Below the pieces are notes generated by a model, which was not told the DNA's origin, did no database searches, and saw only the letters and a program-made list of their open reading frames with translations. DNA of 64,000 bases from a virus, in the IMG/VR virus record IMGVR_UViG_3300034175_000060, positions 22,209 through 86,208 of that record; one strand, 5' to 3'. Position 1 is the first letter of the stretch. Each line of letters opens with the position of its first letter. The position numbers and the translations under genes are program-made. Shown piece after piece: positions 1 to 9,042 of the stretch.

Positions 1-1729
1 ACAAGTTGTAAGCTGTAAGGGCAACAATCGCTGCACCAACTACAGCTAACAAAGGAGGGAAAAGGGTAGTCAGGGTTACTGTCCCCGCTGCAAGACCCGC
101 AACCGCAGTAGTGATAGAGGCAAAGATTCCCGGCAACATCTGGAGTAATGGGACAATTCCCAGCGCAACTTTAATTGCCACAAAAGTTGCTGCCAATTTA
201 GCCAACAAAGGTAAATTTTCTGCAACCGAAATTGCCAAAGAGGCAAAACTTTCTGCCAATCCAATAATACCATCTTTAAATTCTTTTGAGTTAAAGATAC
301 CTTTCATTCGAGCCGTAAAGGCAATCAACTCTGGCTCAATGCTTGTGAAAGTATCTGCAAAGCTTGATTTCAATGTGTTGAACATAGAATCAATTTGGCT
401 CTTGGCTGTCAAAGCCATCTGTGCAGCACCTTTAGCCGCAAAGCCGTAACTGTTATCTACATTCTTGCGGAATCGCTCAAGAGCATTCTCGCCATTACCA
501 AGCTCTGTGTTGTACTCACCAAGCAACTGTGTAAGCAAGCGTTGACCACGTTCATTACTAATACGGCCTTGCGCCAACTTAGATTCGCTAGCACTGAGAG
601 ATTTAAGCGCACCATCAACTAATTCAACAACTTCTAACAAAGGTTTAAAATTGCCCTCTGTGTCTTTCAACATGGCTTGTGTAATTCCCATGTCTCGGAA
701 TGTGCCACCAACTTTATCAGACTCTGCTGCCAATTCTTTATAGAAGTTCTTCAGCGCCGTACCTGCTGCTGTGCCTTTAATGCCCAGATTAGACAACACA
801 CCCAAGCTTGTACCGATATCTTCCAGTGAAACACCATACAGACGATTTACTGACGATGCAGACTTAAATGCTTCTGACAAACTCTCAACTGAAGACATGG
901 ACAATGCTGCTGTTTTAGCAATCACATCCCCTACGCGTCCAAAACCTTCTGCCACATAACCTACAGCCGTACCAACGGATACCAGAGTGGTTGCAGCTTT
1001 CTCAATACTAACTCCACCAACTGTTGCAAGATTTAAAGCTGCACCAATTGATGAAGCAGCCTGACTTGCATTCAAACCCGCCAGAACCAGAGTTTCAAGT
1101 GCTTTGGCAACTTCTTGTGGTCCGTACACACCTTTACCCAAGTCTTGCACAACTTCACGAAGATTTTTAATAGACTCTACAGTTTCATTACCGCGAACAC
1201 GGATACCTTCAAGAGTGTGCTCAACATCCACACCAACAGTCACAATACCCTTCAGGGAAGCTCCAATTGCCAAGCCTACAGCCATGCCAGCAAAGTTACC
1301 ATACGTCAGCCACAGAGCGCCTAGCGAGCCTGACAAGCCTCGTGCGAGTGCATGAGCTTCACGCATCTCATTATTGTGGCGGCGCTGGACAACTTCTGCA
1401 CGTTGCAAGTTTTGATTCATTAAGTTGAGTGACGTGGAGAGCAAAGTCATAGCTGCTGCTAAGTCTGCTGTACCTCTTGCTGCTACACGTGAATTTGCAG
1501 CCATGTTACCGAGTAATGCATCTTGCTCGCGCAGACGTGTTACAATGCTTTGAGTTGATTTAGCAGCCAACTCATTAGCCACGTTCATCTTCTTTGTAGC
1601 TTCGATAAGGGAGTTGATGCGACGTTCTGCGTTAGCTGCGGACGTGCCAAGGCCAGAAAGCGCCGTAGACGCCTCCTTAATTCCTACTGATTTTACTTCT
1701 ACAATTAACGATGTGATGTCTGCTGCCAT
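1..1729 (-). CDS. Tail tape measure protein (5' part; runs off the window), TP901-like
   Basis: ATG at 1729 after an AAGGA SD. Translation begins MAADITSLIVEVKSVGIKEA and is Ala/Gly/Ser-rich, with a TP901-type segment (LGVLSNLGIKGTAAGTALKN). Lies directly after the chaperone genes. Absent from the ORF track because it has no stop in the window. Confidence 0.9.
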   Translation of the reverse strand, partial: MAADITSLIVEVKSVGIKEASTALSGLGTSAANAERRINSLIEATKKMNVANELAAKSTQSIVTRLREQDALLGNMAANSRVAARGTADLAAAMTLLSTSLNLMNQNLQRAEVVQRRHNNEMREAHALARGLSGSLGALWLTYGNFAGMAVGLAIGASLKGIVTVGVDVEHTLEGIRVRGNETVESIKNLREVVQDLGKGVYGPQEVAKALETLVLAGLNASQAASSIGAALNLATVGGVSIEKAATTLVSVGTAVGYVAEGFGRVGDVIAKTAALSMSSVESLSEAFKSASSVNRLYGVSLEDIGTSLGVLSNLGIKGTAAGTALKNFYKELAAESDKVGGTFRDMGITQAMLKDTEGNFKPLLEVVELVDGALKSLSASESKLAQGRISNERGQRLLTQLLGEYNTELGNGENALERFRKNVDNSYGFAAKGAAQMALTAKSQIDSMFNTLKSSFADTFTSIEPELIAFTARMKGIFNSKEFKDGIIGLAESFASLAISVAENLPLLAKLAATFVAIKVALGIVPLLQMLPGIFASITTAVAGLAAGTVTLTTLFPPLLAVVGAAIVALTAYNL

Positions 1730-1738
1730 GTTATTCCT

Positions 1739-2305
1739 TTATGATTCTAGGTGGAAACCCATGGCTTTCATTCTCGTAAGAATGTCATCTGCCATTGCTT
1801 CTTCTTCATCCTCAGTGAGTTCTACTTCAGCTAAATCTTCTATATCCAAAGGACACATACAACGAGGGTCTGTAGCTTCTTGCGCCATCCAACAATACTC
1901 TTGACTCATCTGACGAATCATTTGTAAATCAATGTCAGGGAGTGTGCAATATTTAATAACTATTGGAACAGGCTTGTGACGTTTATTCTCAGGGTTCTTT
2001 ACCCATTCAATTACTGTTTCAGAGTAGAAGCGCTCAGACCAAGCAATGAGAACATCCCAATCGAGAGCGTCTATTCCCATGCCTTTTTGTGACACTGTTC
2101 CAGCTTCTCTCCACAAACCTACAAGATACTCTTCGTAGCTTGACAGTTGTGGGGGTTCTAGGATAGGATCATTAGCGGCACGTTGCTCTCTTCGGGATTT
2201 AGGCTCTCCCGGCTGACCGTCTGGAGTGGCATTAAGCCAAGCACTGTGACGAACATACCGGGAGAGGTTTTCTTTTACTTCTGCATAAAAGATTCCGTAT
2301 TTCCC
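1739..2305 (-). CDS. Tail assembly chaperone, -1 frameshift extension (gpT-like)
   Basis: The -1 frame is open from slippery G GGA AAT (2305-2299) through EVKENLSRYVRHSAWLNATP...LWREAG to the stop at 1739. No good independent start. Confidence 0.75.
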   Translation of the reverse strand, partial: GKYGIFYAEVKENLSRYVRHSAWLNATPDGQPGEPKSRREQRAANDPILEPPQLSSYEEYLVGLWREAGTVSQKGMGIDALDWDVLIAWSERFYSETVIEWVKNPENKRHKPVPIVIKYCTLPDIDLQMIRQMSQEYCWMAQEATDPRCMCPLDIEDLAEVELTEDEEEAMADDILTRMKAMGFHLES

Positions 2306-2676
2306 AGATTTTCACTAAGAATGTCGGTGATCCAGTACAGTGCAGGGTTCATGTACAGTTCTTTGAAGTGTGCCTGAGTGGTCAGCGGGCCGTTACCCAA
2401 ATCGAAATTACGAATAGATTTAGTAATTGCAGCGAAGAATTCTGCATTGTCTTCTTGGGACTCTTCGGGGGTAGCAACCCGCTTGCCCCGCTTAGCTTTT
2501 TTCTTCTCCGCACCGATCAGGTAGTTACGCATCTGCTTGGACGAGCGGCCGTACACTTCAATTTCCAGTGGCTCTTTCTCAGCTTCATCAGCATAGAGGT
2601 AAGTGCCATCTGGACCTTGCAGGTGCAGTACAGTTGTATCTTGCAGCGCGAGTGCGTTAATGTTAAAATTTGCCAT
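2275..2676 (-). CDS. Tail assembly chaperone (gpG-like)
   Basis: 133 aa with an AAGGA SD, positioned between tail tube and tape measure, with a slippery heptamer near its 3' end. Confidence 0.8.
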   Translation of the reverse strand: MANFNINALALQDTTVLHLQGPDGTYLYADEAEKEPLEIEVYGRSSKQMRNYLIGAEKKKAKRGKRVATPEESQEDNAEFFAAITKSIRNFDLGNGPLTTQAHFKELYMNPALYWITDILSENLGNTESFMQK

Positions 2677-2716
2677 GATTATATTTCCTTTGGTAGATTA
2701 TGCGGAATTCCGCGAT

Positions 2717-3649
2717 TTAAGCTCTGTATTCAGAGTCTAGTTTTGAAATTAGTTTAATAAAGTCTTCTTGTGTTACATCCACGAAGCATTCTGTATATCC
2801 GTCGAATTTGTAGTCAGGTGATTTAAAATTCATCCTTAAATTCGATAATTGTTTCTGTTCTATATCTCTTGCGCGATTACCGTCGTCAAACTCATAAATA
2901 GCAACTTTTTCGAAAGGTATTCCTGATGACATTCTTATTTCTCGCAGGCGGCTTTCAGGGCGTTTATTAGTGATCCCTATCTTGATAGTTTCATTAGATT
3001 TCAACACATAGAGAGATGCAGGCTTACCTTGACTAAACCCAGATTTGTTACATCTGGTGCAACCACAACCTCGTAAATGTGTACAAGGAGTCTGACTGAA
3101 GGTATAATCACAACGATTACATTTTATCTTTCCAGCGTCTTTAGCAGAGATATACTCAAATTCTGAATAATCATAAGTACCAATACCGTGTTCTTCCTCA
3201 GCCTCTTCTACAAATTTTTCTTTAGTTTTTGCTTGAGTAGGGCCAATGCGCTCCAAACCACACTTAGGACAACCATTACCTTCACAGAGATTCTGTGCTG
3301 TCGTTTCCACAATACCGTGTTTTAAGCAAACGAAACTGATCTTATTCTTACCTTTGGTGTAAATTGAATTAGAGAAATCATACAAATCTGAGTAATGGTT
3401 TATCATCTCAACCAAGAACTGTTCTTGTGTTTTGGTCTGAGATTTGCCACACTGAATGTCTCCACAGACAGGGCAACCATAACCTTGTTGCAGACTGTTA
3501 GGCCGGGTTTCAAAATCACCGTGCTCATAACAACCCACTGTAACTTTTATGTGAGCATATTCATAAACTACTCTGGAGAGGTCATACCTGTCTCCATGAA
3601 TCTTTATAATATTCTCTTTAAACTTTTCTGTTGTAAGTCTAGGTGGCAT
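2717..3649 (-). CDS. Freestanding homing-endonuclease-like protein (Cys/His repeats plus C-terminal GIY-YIG/T5orf172-like domain)
   Basis: Three repeats of YD.S...Y.....K..I.C..HG.F......GCP.C, then LYVL...IKIGIT...R..E...DGYTECF. Confidence 0.75.
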   Translation of the reverse strand: MPPRLTTEKFKENIIKIHGDRYDLSRVVYEYAHIKVTVGCYEHGDFETRPNSLQQGYGCPVCGDIQCGKSQTKTQEQFLVEMINHYSDLYDFSNSIYTKGKNKISFVCLKHGIVETTAQNLCEGNGCPKCGLERIGPTQAKTKEKFVEEAEEEHGIGTYDYSEFEYISAKDAGKIKCNRCDYTFSQTPCTHLRGCGCTRCNKSGFSQGKPASLYVLKSNETIKIGITNKRPESRLREIRMSSGIPFEKVAIYEFDDGNRARDIEQKQLSNLRMNFKSPDYKFDGYTECFVDVTQEDFIKLISKLDSEYRA

Positions 3650-3713
3650 GTGTATCCTTCATAAGATACACTAGATGGGAAGCGGATAAATGTCCGCAAT
3701 TCCCGTAGTGTTG

Positions 3714-3749
3714 AAAATTAAAGCCACCAAGTATTTCTACTAAGTGGCT
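3714..3749 (-). terminator. Probable intrinsic terminator after the tail tube gene
   Basis: AGCCAC-TTAGTAGAAATACTTG-GTGGCT followed by TTAATTTT on the - strand. Confidence 0.6.
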
Positions 3750-3756
3750 AATTTGT

Positions 3757-4227
3757 TTACGCTGCTTGGTAGAAGTTACCGCTAATTTCCACGTTCGTAT
3801 CGAACGAAGTAATCTGGTTGACCGAGCCAACGTTAATTGGAGCAGACATAACTTGACCTTGGAAATACAGAGTAGCTTGTGGCAGACCTGTAGCACCACC
3901 ACCAATTGTCAGCTTAAACGAGTAAGCCAGTGGATCATCAAGAGCGATCAGAAGCTTAGCTTGACCCGGATCACTAGGAGCATAAGCACCTTGCAGAGCC
4001 AGTTGACCTGAGTTCGACGTACCCTTAAATTTATATGTTGTCGGATCGGCAACAGGTTCGTGTGTAATCAGCGAGAACACTTTACCGATAACACCAATGT
4101 TGGTCAGTTCTTTGACTTGAACGTAAGTTTGGGCAGCAAAGCCCGCAGCGTCAAAGGTTGCTGGAACAGCGTTGGAAGTGCAGATGTACAGTTTTGAACC
4201 TGCACTGGGGAAGGCTAGAGTAGCAAT
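3757..4227 (-). CDS. Major tail (tube) protein, 156 aa, apparent ATT start codon
   Basis: The frame extends 49 codons upstream of the track ORF: (M)ATLAFPSAGSKLYICTSNAVPATFDAAGFAAQTYVQVKELTNIGVIGKVFSLITHEP...KFKGTSNSG, a siphovirus tail-tube-like sequence. AGAGGT SD lies 7 nt before ATT. Confidence 0.8.
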   Translation of the reverse strand: MATLAFPSAGSKLYICTSNAVPATFDAAGFAAQTYVQVKELTNIGVIGKVFSLITHEPVADPTTYKFKGTSNSGQLALQGAYAPSDPGQAKLLIALDDPLAYSFKLTIGGGATGLPQATLYFQGQVMSAPINVGSVNQITSFDTNVEISGNFYQAA

Positions 4228-4246
4228 TTTGGGTACCTCTTTATAG

Positions 4247-4969
4247 TTAAGTTTTATTTGCGGAGATTATCTCTCCAAATGTCTCTGTAATTTTTAGGTA
4301 CAGATCGGAGCGGTCAACATCCACAAATGTTTCTGTGTAACCGTCAAAAGTTTTATTGATATTCTTATAGGTTTTCCTGAGATAACGCAGAACTATTGTC
4401 TCTATATCTAAGGCCGTTTTGCCTTCAAAGAACTTAAGCTCTAATAGAACATCAAAATTTAGTCCGGAGTCTCTTGAGACTAGACCACACCTTTTCTTAA
4501 CAGTGCGGTTAGTTATTCCGAGTTTGGTGTAATCATCACCGCAACCAAGTACATACAACGATCCGGGCCGCCCACTTTTGAAACCTGATTTAGCGCAATC
4601 AGGACAATTCTGCCCTTGTCGATGGTTGTCAGGTGTCTGATGGAAAATGCCGTGTAATGGGCAAATGATCTTGATTTTCGTAATCTTGTCTAAGTAGTCA
4701 ACCAAAGAATAGTCATAAAAGTCTCCCCGAATCTCTCGGGTTTTCTCAACCCATTCCTCTGTAGTTGGACTGTAAGTAGGACTACATTTATCACAACCTC
4801 TCCCCATCATATGAGAATCAGCATTTTGTTCAAAGTCACCATGCACAGGACAAGTAATAGTAACCAAGCTCCTACGGTTCTTATAAACTGTCCTATCATA
4901 TGAAAACTTAGCACCATTTATTACTTTACTTCTTCGAATAAATTCCTCTGTGGTAAGCTTTCGACCCAT
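4247..4969 (-). CDS. Freestanding homing-endonuclease-like protein, paralog of 2717-3649
   Basis: RKLTTEEFI...TITCPVHGDF...GCDKC repeats plus LYVL...KLGITNR...FDGYTETF. Confidence 0.75.
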   Translation of the reverse strand: MGRKLTTEEFIRRSKVINGAKFSYDRTVYKNRRSLVTITCPVHGDFEQNADSHMMGRGCDKCSPTYSPTTEEWVEKTREIRGDFYDYSLVDYLDKITKIKIICPLHGIFHQTPDNHRQGQNCPDCAKSGFKSGRPGSLYVLGCGDDYTKLGITNRTVKKRCGLVSRDSGLNFDVLLELKFFEGKTALDIETIVLRYLRKTYKNINKTFDGYTETFVDVDRSDLYLKITETFGEIISANKT

Positions 4970-4978
4970 TTGCAACCT

Positions 4979-5335
4979 TTATTGAATGATGGCAGCTTTG
5001 ACCACTGCACCTGTTGCTGCTGAAATTGCCACAACACCTTGCAAGAAGCTGCTAATGGAATCCAACTGAACGACTGACATACCACTTGCAGGAACCGTGA
5101 CGGCATAACCAGAAGCGACTGAGAAGACTGCACCACCTGTGCCGGGAACAGCAATTGTCGTACCGCCTGCCCCATCAATTGTGACCACAACAGCACTAAC
5201 GCTCGTATTCGTCAGAATAAGTTCTTGACTTGCATTAGCTACATATGACAGAGTGTCGCCAGAAGTGCCAAGAGTGACTTGGGCAGGATTGATTGCGCCG
5301 GGGACGCCTTTTTGAGTATTTTGAATAGCAGCCAT
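4979..5335 (-). CDS. Virion structural protein, beta-rich
   Basis: 118 aa rich in Ala/Gly/Val/Thr, strong TAAGGA SD, located in the tail module. Confidence 0.65.
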   Translation of the reverse strand: MAAIQNTQKGVPGAINPAQVTLGTSGDTLSYVANASQELILTNTSVSAVVVTIDGAGGTTIAVPGTGGAVFSVASGYAVTVPASGMSVVQLDSISSFLQGVVAISAATGAVVKAAIIQ

Positions 5336-5362
5336 TTGATTTCCTTAAATGTGTGACCACCG

Positions 5363-5776
5363 TCAGGTGGGAACAACTTCGCCTTCTTGGCGATAATTAA
5401 TTGTGACAGGAACAATTCTCCAGCCACTCTCATCCTTGATTGCCCTTGACTTGAACGGAGTTTGTGTTATACTCACTGTTCCAGAAATAGGGACAACAGG
5501 GAAGTGGGCGATAACTTTGTTTGCTAGTGCTTCACCCTTGCCAGCACCTTGCCCGGAGGGATACCAAACATTCACTTGCATAACTCCAAGTTCTCTGATA
5601 CGATTACCGTCAACAGTAACATTGACAGTGATAGCAGGAACAATTACACATTCAAGGAATGGGGAGTTTGTAGGCTTAGTGAAGGGGGAGTCCTCAAAAG
5701 CAATCGGTAGAATCGGAACTTGTGCATCAGCAAAAGCTTTAAGTTTTGTTTCTAATTCTGCGCGAACCGTAATCAT
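5363..5776 (-). CDS. Tail terminator / tail completion protein
   Basis: IAFEDSPFTKP...GVMQVNVWYPSGQG...VPVTINYR pattern and synteny. Confidence 0.7.
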   Translation of the reverse strand: MITVRAELETKLKAFADAQVPILPIAFEDSPFTKPTNSPFLECVIVPAITVNVTVDGNRIRELGVMQVNVWYPSGQGAGKGEALANKVIAHFPVVPISGTVSITQTPFKSRAIKDESGWRIVPVTINYRQEGEVVPT

Positions 5777-6228
5777 GTTTTGTACCCCATAATGTAAGCT
5801 TTAGCTAAACTCGTCATCATGTACGGGCCGACATTACCTGTCCAGTTCCAACCTGTTGCAGCATCTAGTCCACGAGGCCAACCTACTTTATCGGCCCTGT
5901 AGGCGTAGCTTACGTTATTCGCCAGAGTAACTGTATTGTCATTTCCCCAAAAAGGGTTCTGAGCAAGCATAGCGTCAATCCGCCCAATACTTGCAGAACC
6001 AGAATGGTCTTGTGTAGAGTCAATAGCTTTACTTGGGGATTTTCCGATAGAAGGGAACCAATTATTAATCAAGGTTCCTTGGGAGTAGTAAGCTTCAGGA
6101 GTGCTGTTCTTACTTGGGGAGTAGTCTACATGCTTTACAAAATATTCTCGTACTATTTTATTCGTACTAGAAGAAGCTTGTATTGTTGCCTTTGTGGCGA
6201 ACTTACTTATTCCGTGTGAAAGAGACAT
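5773..6228 (-). CDS. Neck / tail completion protein (HK97 gp10-like)
   Basis: GTLINNW...TLANNVSYA motifs and synteny. Confidence 0.6.
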   Translation of the reverse strand: MSLSHGISKFATKATIQASSSTNKIVREYFVKHVDYSPSKNSTPEAYYSQGTLINNWFPSIGKSPSKAIDSTQDHSGSASIGRIDAMLAQNPFWGNDNTVTLANNVSYAYRADKVGWPRGLDAATGWNWTGNVGPYMMTSLAKAYIMGYKT

Positions 6229-6250
6229 ATGCTCCTTTCTTATAGAGAGT

Positions 6251-6278
6251 ATTATACACCATATTTGTCCACTGTCAA
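6251..6278 (-). promoter_or_regulatory. sigma70-type promoter of the shared late class
   Basis: TTGACA-GTGGACAAATATGGTG(16)-TATAAT. Confidence 0.8.
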
Positions 6279-6282
6279 TAGC

Positions 6283-6681
6283 TTAGCGGCGCAACATAAA
6301 GTTATATAACAGGGGCGCATTCATCTGAGGATTGGCCTCTTTCATGACTACAATTTTGTACGTTACGCCTGCTACGGTGATACGATCACTTGTTGGATTA
6401 GGTACGAGCAGAGGAGCAAGAACATCGGCCTTATTTGTGGGATACATATAGCAATCTTTATCGCCTTGCAGGATGTCAGTGCCAAACTTTGAAGACTGCC
6501 CATTCACCATTCTGTCAAAATCTAGGAAGATTAATTGCACAGGAATTTGAGTCTCAGAGGTTGTACTCTCTCCGGTTGTGGTGTCATACACAGGAGTGCC
6601 ATATTGGATGTAAGTTCCGAATAGAGCGTCATCGTTAAAGAACTCCCGGATCATATTGTCGAATTCGGAAGCTGCGCTCAT
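6283..6681 (-). CDS. Head closure / head-tail joining protein
   Basis: 132 aa, YDTTTGE...GTDILQGDK...LYNFMLRR, and synteny. Confidence 0.65.
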   Translation of the reverse strand: MSAASEFDNMIREFFNDDALFGTYIQYGTPVYDTTTGESTTSETQIPVQLIFLDFDRMVNGQSSKFGTDILQGDKDCYMYPTNKADVLAPLLVPNPTSDRITVAGVTYKIVVMKEANPQMNAPLLYNFMLRR

Positions 6682-7157
6682 GGCACTTCCCAGCCTGCGG
6701 AATTACTTCCCAAAGGCCCGTAACGCGAACCGTCATTAGGTCCGATGTCCGCTGCAACAGCCATGGCTTGACTCTGAGTTCCATTATAATAACAACGGTT
6801 CCAGTCGGAGACAAACTCTTCCAACATATCTCGTTGAGTGGTATCGAGGCTTTGATAAGGAATTGGAGAATAATCGACAAAAGCAGGATTGTTGACAGCT
6901 AGCATCAAGAAATCCCTGTAATGCGCGTAAGCTTGCGATCCTTTGACCTCTAATTGAAGTCCCATCCTACGGTCTGTCTTTTGTGACAAAATACCTAGAA
7001 TGTAGTACGCACATGTTTTAGCAGCAGCGTTCAAGTTGTCATTACTATCAATAAGTGCTTGCAGGTAAACGCTGTCAGGTAGGTGGGAGATATCTCCAAA
7101 ATCTGCTACCCTAAGTCGCAGTTTACCTAAATTTGTGGTGGGGTCAATAAGTGCCAT
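6678..7157 (-). CDS. Head-tail adaptor protein
   Basis: DPTTNLGKLRLRVADFGD start; first structural gene after the capsid gene and its HNH. Confidence 0.65.
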   Translation of the reverse strand: MALIDPTTNLGKLRLRVADFGDISHLPDSVYLQALIDSNDNLNAAAKTCAYYILGILSQKTDRRMGLQLEVKGSQAYAHYRDFLMLAVNNPAFVDYSPIPYQSLDTTQRDMLEEFVSDWNRCYYNGTQSQAMAVAADIGPNDGSRYGPLGSNSAGWEVP

Positions 7158-7169
7158 TAATTCTCCTTG

Positions 7170-7847
7170 TTACCACATATCAGACCAGTGGCGATTACCT
7201 TTAGAAATGTTAGACAATCTGTCTATAACTCTGAGATTGCTTGAACAGTGAAGCCCGCAAACCTTCTCTGAAATTAACGGAACAATATGATCTACGTTAT
7301 ATTTTACACCTGTTACTTCTGACCTGACGCGTGACAAGTGGTATATCTCATCCACAAAGAATTGGTCGTCAACGCAATTCGCCCACGCCGGAATAGCCCG
7401 CTTCTTAGAAGCCTGCCTTCTTGTCTGGTATTGCGTCAGGCTATGCCTGTTGGCCTGCCGCCAAGATTTGTTAACCTCGGCAATACGCTCTTTATTTATC
7501 TCCCGATATTTAATGCCGGAGGTTCTTATAGATTCTCTATTTTGTTTGTGGTAATCAAGAATATAATCTTTATTAATGTAATAATAGTTATTCGCGTACT
7601 CTAGGCGAACCTCTCGGTTAGCTTCGTAATTTAAATTGTTTGCTAATCTGATTTTGTCCCTGTTTGCAGCAGAGTATTCTCGCTGACGAGCAACTGTATC
7701 TTCTCTAAATTGTGGGTCGGTCGCGTATTTAAGCTTCTTCTGCTTATTGCAACATACTTTGCAAGTATTTACACGGCTGTCTCTATTCTTGGCAAATTCT
7801 TCCAATTTTTTGTCAACACCACAAACTTTACAGACTTTCGATTCCAT
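7170..7847 (-). CDS. HNH endonuclease (freestanding)
   Basis: N-terminal CxxC...CxxC, helical repeats, and C-terminal VDHIVPL...VCGLHCSSNLRVI...N..KGN. Confidence 0.85.
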   Translation of the reverse strand: MESKVCKVCGVDKKLEEFAKNRDSRVNTCKVCCNKQKKLKYATDPQFREDTVARQREYSAANRDKIRLANNLNYEANREVRLEYANNYYYINKDYILDYHKQNRESIRTSGIKYREINKERIAEVNKSWRQANRHSLTQYQTRRQASKKRAIPAWANCVDDQFFVDEIYHLSRVRSEVTGVKYNVDHIVPLISEKVCGLHCSSNLRVIDRLSNISKGNRHWSDMW

Positions 7848-7851
7848 AATT

Positions 7852-7905
7852 CTCCTTATGAGTACAATCTCCCATTATACATGAAGAGATTGTACAAGTA
7901 AAGAG
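7852..7905 (-). promoter_or_regulatory. SD-sequestering hairpin with an embedded promoter, upstream of the HNH gene
   Basis: CTCTTTA/TAAGGAG (7 bp) plus GTACAATCTC/GAGATTGTAC (10 bp), with TTTACT-17-TATAAT inside. Confidence 0.7.
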
Positions 7906-7937
7906 GCTAGTAGTTATCTAGCTATCTTAATTTATAA

Positions 7938-8978
7938 TTACACACCAGTGCTGCTGAACAGACGCACAACTGCCTGAGGGCGCAGCAACGCACTGATGTG
8001 ATTGCTCTCGGTTTCGATGTCAATCTTAGTACCATTCTGTGCGGCTTGTTCGAATGCGTACATTTTCTCGCCTTGAGTATTCACCAGACCAAAACGTTCT
8101 GCTGGAGCAAAGTAAGTTTTGAAGGTATCGGAACCTTGTGGAACCGCAACGCCTTCGTTCGCGGTAACAATCTTCGAACCGTTGTACGAGTCACGCACTT
8201 CACGGAAAGTGATACCACCGTAGTAGAACTCACGGCCACGTGGCATTGGGCTACCACCAGCAGCAAGGCGGCCGCGCATTGGATCAAAACCAGCGGCAGT
8301 GTTTTGCGAATACTGATAAGCTGCGATAACTGAAGGATGCTTAATCAGTGCATTGAAGAAGCCAGTATCAACAGGTGCGATAATACCGTCAAACGCTCCA
8401 TTGCCGCCCATACCATCTTGTACAAACTGAATCACCAGTTCAATCGATGCCAGAACCTGCGAAGTCGAACTACCGAACAGGAAGTCCACTGCGTTACGGG
8501 TCACAGAAAATTCAGAGTTCCAGTCTTGCACCACAGTACCGTTAGGTGCATATGCAGTACCTGAGAACAGAGCTTGTGCGCGTGCTTTATTCAGAGTCCA
8601 ATCGTGGTTCTGACGCATGCGATCCAGCTTGCGCATACGGACAGCATCCAGTTGCTCAACTTCATTGAAGCTGTCATAAGCCGATTTGTTTTGCAAATCT
8701 TTTGGCGAGATATGGTCATCCAGCGGGAAGTGTGGCACAGCAAAGGTGTGCAGCTTACGCTGGCCGTCTTTGTTAACCAGATTCTTTTCACCACGGACGC
8801 GATCCAGAATCAGCGCACCGTCAACGGTAGTTTCTTCAAACATCACGGTATCGGAAGCAACGCCTTCTTCGGTAAAGATGCCCAGTTGGTTAAAAGTACC
8901 CCACTGGATAGGCATGTTGCGGACTGCGGACGTAAGGTCAACTACGTCAAAATTATTAAGGGGGCTACGAACCAGCAT
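7938..8978 (-). CDS. Major capsid protein (lambda gpE-like family)
   Basis: 346 aa; LTSAVRNMP...LGIF...HFPLDDHISPKDLQ...ETESNHISALLRPQAVVRL; strong codon bias. Confidence 0.9.
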   Translation of the reverse strand: MLVRSPLNNFDVVDLTSAVRNMPIQWGTFNQLGIFTEEGVASDTVMFEETTVDGALILDRVRGEKNLVNKDGQRKLHTFAVPHFPLDDHISPKDLQNKSAYDSFNEVEQLDAVRMRKLDRMRQNHDWTLNKARAQALFSGTAYAPNGTVVQDWNSEFSVTRNAVDFLFGSSTSQVLASIELVIQFVQDGMGGNGAFDGIIAPVDTGFFNALIKHPSVIAAYQYSQNTAAGFDPMRGRLAAGGSPMPRGREFYYGGITFREVRDSYNGSKIVTANEGVAVPQGSDTFKTYFAPAERFGLVNTQGEKMYAFEQAAQNGTKIDIETESNHISALLRPQAVVRLFSSTGV

Positions 8979-9042
8979 ATTTATTTCCTTTAATTGTCAG
9001 AGAGAGCGCCCCTTTCGGGGCTTGTGTTGTCAAAGACAACTA

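Noticed and set aside
76-1904. Short track ORFs overlapping the tape measure gene, and similar antisense ORFs such as 8686-9258, 48262-49137 and 49300-50028
   Set aside because: Shadow frames of codon-biased real genes, with no SD or motifs.
9006-9022. Hairpin GCCCC-GAAA-GGGGC between the decoration and capsid genes as a terminator
   Set aside because: No U-tract on the transcribed strand; more likely an mRNA stability or processing hairpin.
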